Shown piece by piece: positions 58,601-64,000 of a stretch of DNA of 64,000 nt. The position numbers and the translations under genes were made by a program. How positions within the stretch are numbered: position 1 is the stretch's first letter; each line of letters opens with the position of its first letter. The stretch lies in NCBI GenBank assembly GCA_028865345.1, contig JAGWKL010000008.1, forward strand, positions 9,291 through 73,290, given 5' to 3'. This DNA is from Candidatus Omnitrophota bacterium. GTDB taxonomy: Bacteria; Omnitrophota; Gorgyraeia; Zapsychrales; Fredricksoniimonadaceae. The notes below the pieces were generated by a model. That model was not told the DNA's origin and ran no database searches. It worked only from the letters and a program-made list of their open reading frames with translations.

Positions 58601-59340
58601 GGATCCAAACCGGAGAGGGTGCGTATACGGTCAATGAAAATGAGGCGGCGGTCGCTTTTTCAGTTGAAGGTCAGCCCAATTTTGCTTATGCAGGCGTTGT
58701 AGGGACAAACGATTCTCAAGAAATACAGAACCTTACTAAAATAAAAACGGATTTACGGCAAAAATACCCCCACACCCAAATTTACATGGATTATTGGACC
58801 TATGGGCGGATGACTGAAGACGGAAGGTATATGCAGGATCACGCGGGCAATATCATAAGCAGCATACCGGCGGCCCCCGGCTTTGAGGTCCGGGTCCATC
58901 ATCTTCCCTTTGAACCGACGGAGCCCAGCGCTCCTCTTCCCTATGGATTTTACGTCAAGGGGCCGATCATTCATGTGGATACCCAAACCTTGGGCACCAC
59001 CGGCGGCTATTGGTATGCCAATAACACCGGGAACGGTTTGACGCATGCCCCGGCAGGTTATACGGATAATGCCATGGCGATCCGGCAACAAACGAACAGC
59101 GAGTCAGCGTTAATCGCCGAATCCCTGACTAAAAAAGGTGGTATCGACTTAAACGCCGCCAACCTGAATTTATTCATCAAACGCGACGGCAGCGGCGTGC
59201 CGCTGCCCTGGGCCCAGCAGGACATCTCCCTGTTTAAGAACATCCAGGGTTTTGTTCCCCAAATCGTCGAGATCCGGCCTGCCGTCGACATTTCCGTCAT
59301 CAACGAACTGCAACAGAAGCTGCAATCTTTCCAGAATTAA
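55627..59340 (+). CDS. Large secreted modular protein 2 (paralog of 8319-11789): conserved N domain + [D/N]xAM-delimited modules including a receiver domain + GGIDL C domain
   Basis: Signal peptide ending AWA; N domain 55771-56694; NPAM 57226, NRAM 57484, DQAM 57859, NPAM 58438, DNAM 59065; GGIDL 59137; alternative start ATG 55660. Confidence 0.9.
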   Translation: MSPYTLNIKKSMFLKLRRIVSIVIISAFMTTSVRTPAWAQSSVGLLPNLPPPGAMVNLSPDFTPAHLMGITIHPDNPLKFDFLIDNGDQEMDSVQKREEYQKLVKYFLASLTIPDGHQWVNLSPYEKGRIIQNDFGKTQMGRDLLEQDYILKQITSSLIYPESRLGKEFWDKVYQRAWNEYHTTDIPVNTFNKVWIVPDQAVVYESGDSAYILQSHLKVMLEEDYLSLKEHTAISSSDVNAVANDTHAIGSQVIREIVLPELQKEVNEDKNFESLRQMYSGMVLATWYKMALKKSLLGMIYADKAKVKGVDQDPRTNQLIYNQYLRAFKKGVFNYIKEDVDKFTNEEIPRKYFAGGFQPLEGADEIRDIGQAQQAVQESRSNPLPREFVVKANQGENVANVAPTINTLLGGRPISVDWQKPENFNVAVVDLSQANQNPGGVSGNATTVAQSEAQKFVNFMQERELPVPANLPADQLARAKQGEKNWQISNAMRQQLQQWYKGNDQYDPMVDSIFKHLDYEYDQATDNFKVVYSNPAMTSNGEITDATFSRISRRLNQNPAISRLLENPITRDFYDKTLNSNLTNPGKLQRIRQRLDDLRPGLGQTVDSIVAEVQADQSANRAMTTVLVIDDDPVMLDINKAVLSRAGYNVLTAQTEQEAETSWQENKDNIGLILSDTHNTGQKDWPDLVKGFVAQKNVPVLATSGLATQQAWQGITDHFLPKPYSIHVLTSAVQGILSANQPAVDQAMASNTGSWLKEKILPLVGAVAVGGVVAGAISMPSYLHQRELNKISLVQPGQIASINNQAARVVVNTGGVGVVITQPGRPIRIISVNPNNVADVAQQLLQEYPAGINNAVIHVFADGDGERGAGNALSMALLGKENISDHHIYLEHAAPFNLVAHPLGSGSDFVRIENGDGMEHHYVETKGVLIQLPKNNPNPAMASNSKINRIRERLVTAATLAGISAAALFLAPGAAKNVQIAIKEHRIPLKSGIQTGEGAYTVNENEAAVAFSVEGQPNFAYAGVVGTNDSQEIQNLTKIKTDLRQKYPHTQIYMDYWTYGRMTEDGRYMQDHAGNIISSIPAAPGFEVRVHHLPFEPTEPSAPLPYGFYVKGPIIHVDTQTLGTTGGYWYANNTGNGLTHAPAGYTDNAMAIRQQTNSESALIAESLTKKGGIDLNAANLNLFIKRDGSGVPLPWAQQDISLFKNIQGFVPQIVEIRPAVDISVINELQQKLQSFQN

Positions 59341-59378
59341 AATTCTCATCTTTTTTTGTTTTTGTGTTATATTCAAAT

Positions 59379-59630
59379 ATGCCGACTATTTTGGAAATTT
59401 TAGGATGGAGATTGTTTTTTTATTCCAACGAAAATGACGAGCCAATTCATATCCATGCTCGAAAAGCGAGTATGGAATGTAAATATTGGATTGATATTAA
59501 AGGGTTTGACATCAGTGAGGCGTATTCTTTTGGTTTAAAGGAGAAGGAAAAAAGGCAGATTCGTCGTATCATTTTTGATCATTTTGATTATATTGTAGAA
59601 CAGTGGAGTGAATTTGAGAGGAGAAAATAA
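59379..59630 (+). CDS. DUF4160 family protein (putative TA toxin)
   Basis: MPTILEILGWRLFFYSNENDEPIHIH...KYWI...WSEF. Confidence 0.85.
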   Translation: MPTILEILGWRLFFYSNENDEPIHIHARKASMECKYWIDIKGFDISEAYSFGLKEKEKRQIRRIIFDHFDYIVEQWSEFERRK

Positions 59631-59891
59631 ATGAAAGCAATCCATAAGATCCAAAAGATAGATTTCTCAGGTTCCCAAATGAGGTTGAAAGTGGACGGCA
59701 AGGAAGTTAAAGTTAATTTAACTAAAACGTCTTCAAGGCTGCTTAAAGCTTCCAAAAAGGAACGGGAAACGTATCAGATTTCACCTTCAGGTTATGGTAT
59801 TCATTGGCCATTGATTGACGAAGACCTTTCGGTCGATTCTCTCTTAGGGAGTAAGCGTTCTTTTGACCACCCAATGACCCGCCTACGGTGA
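59631..59891 (+). CDS. DUF2442 family protein (putative TA partner)
   Basis: RLLKAS...GYGIHWPLIDEDLSVDSLL. Confidence 0.85.
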   Translation: MKAIHKIQKIDFSGSQMRLKVDGKEVKVNLTKTSSRLLKASKKERETYQISPSGYGIHWPLIDEDLSVDSLLGSKRSFDHPMTRLR

Positions 59892-60020
59892 GAAGGCCGT
59901 TATGAGATTAGCGCCCCTTGACCGGGACGATTTTTATTGGGGATTCATAAGGTGCTGGACAATCCTGTAGATAATCCATAATCCTGTTGTTGAGGAGTCA
60001 TTTTGTGGTAAACTTATACC

Positions 60021-60203
60021 ATGAAGCTTAAAATTCTTCTGCTTTTGGTCCTTGGAATTTCCGCTGCGACGGTTTGTTTGGCCCAGTCAAGAGACCCTTC
60101 CATGGGAAGCGAGTCTTCATCCGTTGGTGTCTGGCCCTCTGTGGACAGCCCGGACAGCATTTCACCCGGGTACGATTCTTCAGACCACGGCAACGTTTCA
60201 TAA
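60021..60203 (+). CDS. Small secreted S/D/P-rich peptide
   Basis: Clear signal peptide MKLKILLLLVLGISAATVCLA, then a low-complexity tail. Confidence 0.55.
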   Translation: MKLKILLLLVLGISAATVCLAQSRDPSMGSESSSVGVWPSVDSPDSISPGYDSSDHGNVS

Positions 60204-60274
60204 TTCCGCAATAACTCCAAAATAACCTTGAATTGCCTTTGAATGGGGTATAAGGGTGGTAAAATATTACCATC

Positions 60275-60330
60275 GCCAACAATGACGTTGGCCAACCAAC
60301 AATGAGGTTGGTAACCCAACGAAGGAGGGT
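60275..60330 (+). repeat. Three tandem CCAAC-based hairpins (20-nt period) in a 5' leader
   Basis: GCCAAC-AATGAC-GTTGGC, ACCAAC-AATGAG-GTTGGT, ACCC-AACGAAGGA-GGGT. Confidence 0.75.
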
Positions 60331-60334
60331 CAAA

Positions 60335-61012
60335 ATGGAGACGTTGCATTCAATGCTGGTACCGCCCGCAAAGATGGTTCTCGCCCAGGTTGGTTTGTTT
60401 GTCTGCAGTGTGCTTTTGGCTTTTATAATCTTCATTCTCGGGTTGATTATTTCCGAATTCGTCATCAAGAGGGGAATAACCCAATTATTGAAGGTCCTTA
60501 AGCTGGATGATCTTTCCAAGCGTTATGAATTGGAGGCCATCCTTTCCAAAGGCGGCATTAAGCAGAGCTTGTCGGAATTGATAGGCGGTATCTGCTATTG
60601 GCTGGCTTTGTTGATAACCTTCGTGGTTGCCCTGGATGCCGTGGGTTTGACCACCGCTGCTGATTTGATGCAGAAGGTGGTGCTTTTTATACCGAACATC
60701 ATTGTTGCGGTGTTCATTCTGGTCGTAGGGATGTTCATTGCCGTTCTGGTCAGGAACATCATCAGGGTTGCTGCCAGCAACGCGGGGATCGCCCAGGCCA
60801 ATTTGATCAGCAATATATGCCAGGTCGTGATCCTGGTGTTTACCGCAGCCATTGCGCTGGAACAGTTGCAGATCGGCGGCAGGATCATTGATTTGACGAT
60901 CGGCATCATCCTGGGGTCTTTCGGCCTTGGATTTGCGCTGGCCTTTGGTCTGGGGTGCAAAGACATTGTCGGTAAATCAGTGGCGGATTTTCTGGCCCAG
61001 CTGAAGAAATAA
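60335..61012 (+). CDS. Mechanosensitive-channel-related TM-helix repeat protein (CmpX-like)
   Basis: FIPNIIVAVFILVVG, ALEQLQIG, ALAFGLGCKD; AAGGAGG RBS. Confidence 0.82.
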   Translation: METLHSMLVPPAKMVLAQVGLFVCSVLLAFIIFILGLIISEFVIKRGITQLLKVLKLDDLSKRYELEAILSKGGIKQSLSELIGGICYWLALLITFVVALDAVGLTTAADLMQKVVLFIPNIIVAVFILVVGMFIAVLVRNIIRVAASNAGIAQANLISNICQVVILVFTAAIALEQLQIGGRIIDLTIGIILGSFGLGFALAFGLGCKDIVGKSVADFLAQLKK

Positions 61013-61015
61013 TCA

Positions 61016-61050
61016 AAAAAGGGGCGCTTAATCAAGGGCCCCTTTTTATT
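61016..61050 (+). terminator. Rho-independent terminator
   Basis: AAAAAGGGGC...GCCCCTTTTT. Confidence 0.8.
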
Positions 61051-61072
61051 TTAAATCTCCTCCAACTTCAAA

Positions 61073-61102
61073 TTGACAAACCATAATGGTTGTGTTATGG
61101 TT
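61073..61102 (+). promoter_or_regulatory. Promoter/operator of FitAB-like pair
   Basis: TTGACA-17 nt-TATGGT with extended TG; AACCAT-A-ATGGTT palindrome in the spacer. Confidence 0.65.
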
Positions 61103-61121
61103 GTTATGAAAGGAGCGAGAT

Positions 61122-61361
61122 ATGTCAAGTATTACTATAAAAAATATACCAACCAGACTTCACGAAACGCTAAAGCGCAGGGCTGCTATGACTCATCGAA
61201 GCTTAAACAATGAGATTATAGCGAGCCTGGAGGTGGCGGCAGGCCTTGCCCCCATGGACACAAATCAGATGGCCCTTGATGCTACGCTGATGCACAAAGC
61301 ATTTAGAGGAGAAGCTGATCCGGGGGATATCGATCGTTTTAAAAAAGAAGGCAGGGAATGA
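61122..61361 (+). CDS. FitA-like RHH/Arc antitoxin
   Basis: ITIKNIP..LHETLKRRAAMTHRSLNNEII. Confidence 0.87.
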   Translation: MSSITIKNIPTRLHETLKRRAAMTHRSLNNEIIASLEVAAGLAPMDTNQMALDATLMHKAFRGEADPGDIDRFKKEGRE

Positions 61362-61759
61362 TTGTCGCCGACGCAAATCTGGTCGCCTATTATTATCTGC
61401 CGGGGTCTTTTCAAGCATTGGCTCAAAGAATTATTCAAAAGGATCCTGTTTGGCTTGTTCCGCCGATCATGGTGTCTGAATTTCGCAATATTCTTCTTGG
61501 TTTCGTCAGGGCCAAGCAGCTTCATAAAAAAGACGCTATCGAACTTGCTGTAAGAGTGGAACTTGTTTTTGCTCAAAGGACAAAGGGGATCTCATCGGCC
61601 CAAGTAATGGACTTGGCCGGTGACTCCGGATGCTCTGCCTATGACGCAGAATATGTTGCTTTGGCGCAGATGATGGGTGTAGAGTTAGTCACTAATGATA
61701 AGCCGCTATTAAACCGTTTTCCCAAAATTGCAGTGTCGTTGGAGAATTTTTTAAAGTAA
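61358..61759 (+). CDS. vapC: PIN-domain (VapC) toxin
   Basis: IVADAN, SEFRN, SAYDAEYVALA, LVTNDK. Confidence 0.9.
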   Translation: MIVADANLVAYYYLPGSFQALAQRIIQKDPVWLVPPIMVSEFRNILLGFVRAKQLHKKDAIELAVRVELVFAQRTKGISSAQVMDLAGDSGCSAYDAEYVALAQMMGVELVTNDKPLLNRFPKIAVSLENFLK

Positions 61760-61819
61760 GATACCTCAAAAATTGCTTTTCTCAATTCTGTTTCCTGAAC
61801 GGTTTATCTTCACTTTCTT

Positions 61820-63442
61820 ATGCTTGTATTTCAAGGGATACGCCCTATAAAAAGATCGCAAATTCCTTCCGAGGTGATTGCCGGCCTTACCTTGGCAGGT
61901 TTGGCCATTCCGGAAGTGATGGGGTATACCCGTATCGCGGGCACTCCGGTGATCACCGGTTTATACACCATGCTTATCCCCATGTTGTTATTTGCCTTGT
62001 TCGGTTCTTCAAGGCATTTAGTGGTTGGGGCCGATTCAGCCACTGCCGCCATCCTCGCAGGCGCCCTTGCGGGCATCGTCCCTAAGGCGTCCCACGAATA
62101 TGTCGCGCTTGCCGGGGTATTGGCGTTGATGTCCGCTGTTTTTTTGCTGTCGGCGCGCATGGTCGGATTGGGATTTATGGCGGACTTTCTGTCAAGGACC
62201 GTGCTGATCGGATTTTTGACAGGGGTGGGTGTTCAAGTGGCCTTTTCCCAGCTTTCGGGTATGCTTGGCATAGGGAGCCTGCAGCAGGTTGCTACAACAA
62301 ATCCTTATGATCTGGCCTTATCATGCGCCGTTATCGGGGCCATTACGGCAACAAAGAAATTCTCCCGCCAAATTCCAGGCGCGCTCATCGCTGTGGCAGG
62401 GGCCATTATCATCAGCCATGTTTTTGATCTCAAAGCTCATGGCGTGGAGATGATAGGCAGCGTCCCGCAAGGCCTGCCCGCCATCGGTTTGCCGGACGTC
62501 CATTGGTCTTTTGGGCTCCTGGAAAAATTGCTTCCCGCGGCTTTTTCGATGTTTGTCGTCATTTTAGCCCAGAGCGCCGCCACCTCAAGGGCCTATGCGG
62601 CGCGCTACAATGAATCTTTCAGCGAGAATGTTGATCTGATCGGCCTGGGCCTTGCCAATATCGGCGCGGCGTTGTCCGGGACCTTTGTTGTCAACGGGAG
62701 TCCCACCAAGACCCAGATGGTCGACAGCGCCGGCGGCCGCAGCCAGCTTTCCCAAATCGTCACATGCGCGGTTGTTTTTTTGGTTTTACTCTTCTTTACA
62801 GGCCTGCTGGCTGAACTTCCCGGAGCCGTGCTGTCCGCCGTTGTTTTCCTCATCGGGGTGGAATTGGTCGATGTCCGCGGAATGCGAAAGATTTTTGAGC
62901 AGCGCCCGCCAGAATTCTGGGTGGCTCTGGCCACGGCCGTTGCCGTTGTCCTGATCGGAGTCGAACAGGGGATAGTCCTGGCTGTGGTACTTTCCTTGAT
63001 AGAGCACGTCCGCCGCAGTTATAACTCCCGCAATGTGGTATTGGCCATGGATAAAAAGACCGGCGCCTGGATGCCCTTGCCGGTGACGGCGCCCCAGCAA
63101 GCCGAACCGGGCCTTTTGTTATACCGGTTTGCGCATACGATGTACTATGCCAATGCCCAACAGCTCTTCGACCAGATCGTTGCTTTGACCGAACAATCCG
63201 GCCCGCCGCTCTCATGGTTTTGCATCGATGCTTCAGCCGTTGCCGATGTGGATTTTTCCTCAGCGGAGACCCTGCGCGCAATTTACGATATTCTGAATAA
63301 AAAAGGCATTAGGCTTGTTTGGGCGAATGTCATAGATTCTGTTAAGCTTGAGCTTGACAGGTATGAGCTCACCGGGCTTTTCGGCCCGGAGGCTTTTTAT
63401 AAGAATATCAAGGATGTCCTGAAGGCCTATTTGAATAAATAA
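61820..63442 (+). CDS. SulP-family anion transporter with STAS domain
   Basis: AIPEVMGY, GLY, FGSSRHLVVG, FLSRTVLIGF, C-terminal STAS (YYANA, DVDFS). Confidence 0.93.
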   Translation: MLVFQGIRPIKRSQIPSEVIAGLTLAGLAIPEVMGYTRIAGTPVITGLYTMLIPMLLFALFGSSRHLVVGADSATAAILAGALAGIVPKASHEYVALAGVLALMSAVFLLSARMVGLGFMADFLSRTVLIGFLTGVGVQVAFSQLSGMLGIGSLQQVATTNPYDLALSCAVIGAITATKKFSRQIPGALIAVAGAIIISHVFDLKAHGVEMIGSVPQGLPAIGLPDVHWSFGLLEKLLPAAFSMFVVILAQSAATSRAYAARYNESFSENVDLIGLGLANIGAALSGTFVVNGSPTKTQMVDSAGGRSQLSQIVTCAVVFLVLLFFTGLLAELPGAVLSAVVFLIGVELVDVRGMRKIFEQRPPEFWVALATAVAVVLIGVEQGIVLAVVLSLIEHVRRSYNSRNVVLAMDKKTGAWMPLPVTAPQQAEPGLLLYRFAHTMYYANAQQLFDQIVALTEQSGPPLSWFCIDASAVADVDFSSAETLRAIYDILNKKGIRLVWANVIDSVKLELDRYELTGLFGPEAFYKNIKDVLKAYLNK

Positions 63443-63479
63443 TCTTGCAGGAATTCCGCAAACGCAGTATGGTATTTCC

Positions 63480-64000
63480 ATGCCAGCTCCTCAATTTACT
63501 CTCGTCATAGGAAATAAGAACTATTCTTCATGGTCGCTGAGGCCGTGGCTCCTTTTAAAGCAGGCCGGGATACCTTTTGAAGAAGTTTTGATCCCCCTGT
63601 ATGAAGGCGATTATAAAGCTAAAATCCTCAAATACTCCCATCATGGCAAGGTCCCTGTGTTGATCCATGGCTCTGTGACGGTCTGGGAGACGCTTGCCAT
63701 CGCAGAATATGTGGCTGATTTGTTTGCACAGAAGCAATTATGGCCTCAAAATCCTGAAGACCGCGCCCTGGCGCGCAGCATCAGTGCGGAAATGCACAGC
63801 GGATTCGCCTCATTGCGCACCCACATGCCCATGAATTTAAGGGCTTCGCATCCGGGAAAGGGCAGGACGCCGGAGGTGGAAAAAGACATTGCCCGTATTG
63901 TTGAGATATGGGAAGGCTGCCGGAGCAAATTTCAGGCCCAAGGGCCTTTTTTGTTCGGCCAATTTACCGTCGCTGATGCCATGTATGCTCCCGTTGTCAC
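63480..64000 (+). CDS. Glutathione S-transferase family protein (partial, runs off window end)
   Basis: MPAPQFTLVIGNKNYSSWSLRPWLLL...GKVPVL...WETLAIAEY...AEMHSGF...FLFGQFTVADAMYAPV. Confidence 0.9.
   Translation, partial: MPAPQFTLVIGNKNYSSWSLRPWLLLKQAGIPFEEVLIPLYEGDYKAKILKYSHHGKVPVLIHGSVTVWETLAIAEYVADLFAQKQLWPQNPEDRALARSISAEMHSGFASLRTHMPMNLRASHPGKGRTPEVEKDIARIVEIWEGCRSKFQAQGPFLFGQFTVADAMYAPVV

Noticed and set aside
59955-59990. AATCCTGT repeated twice downstream of the DUF2442 gene; possible attC or repeat element
   Set aside because: Only two short copies, no RYYYAAC...GTTRRRY attC structure, and no integrase in the window.
60275-60330. CCAAC...GTTGG repeats as a mini-CRISPR
   Set aside because: The 20-nt period leaves no room for spacers and there are no cas genes; reported instead as a leader structure.
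1-64000. rRNA, tRNA, CRISPR arrays, IS elements, prophage, reverse transcriptase/DGR
   Set aside because: None recognised by eye; intergenic gaps are short and explained by promoters and terminators. A tRNAscan/Infernal run would be needed to exclude small RNAs.

Overview
Bacterial chromosomal window of moderately GC-rich housekeeping and energy genes, nearly all on the + strand. No rRNA, tRNA, CRISPR array, transposase or phage gene was recognised. The lineage is probably Candidatus Omnitrophota; this is an inference from my recollection of the large secreted protein family below and was not tested. Main content: cyclophilin/XdhC/PilZ operon, three-gene transhydrogenase (pntAA-AB-B), exbBD, ferredoxin-NADP reductase, cspA, queH, PhoBR-like pair, NAD kinase, mutY, an Rrf2-led sulfate assimilation cluster (cysK-H-D-N plus sulfite reductase), Ni transporter, ADP-forming acetate-CoA ligase, group 3d NiFe hydrogenase hoxEFUYHW with hypAFCDE, acs-cobB, a mycobacterial Sdh1-like succinate dehydrogenase, hemN-hemE, four type II toxin-antitoxin pairs, SulP and a GST. 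The most striking signal is two paralogous ~1,200-aa signal-peptide proteins (8319-11789 and 55627-59340). They share a conserved ~307-aa N-terminal domain and a C-terminal GGIDL domain, but between these carry unrelated 85-250-aa modules, each delimited by a [D/N]-x-A-M-[T/A/S] motif. Several modules look like complete Met-initiated proteins: an intact receiver domain, two modules with their own signal or anchor sequence, and a helical-repeat module. This suggests a polymorphic, processed 'cargo polyprotein' system. Also notable are an unannotated 30-aa ORF with its own promoter, structured leader and terminator, and a 20-nt-period hairpin array in a 5' leader.
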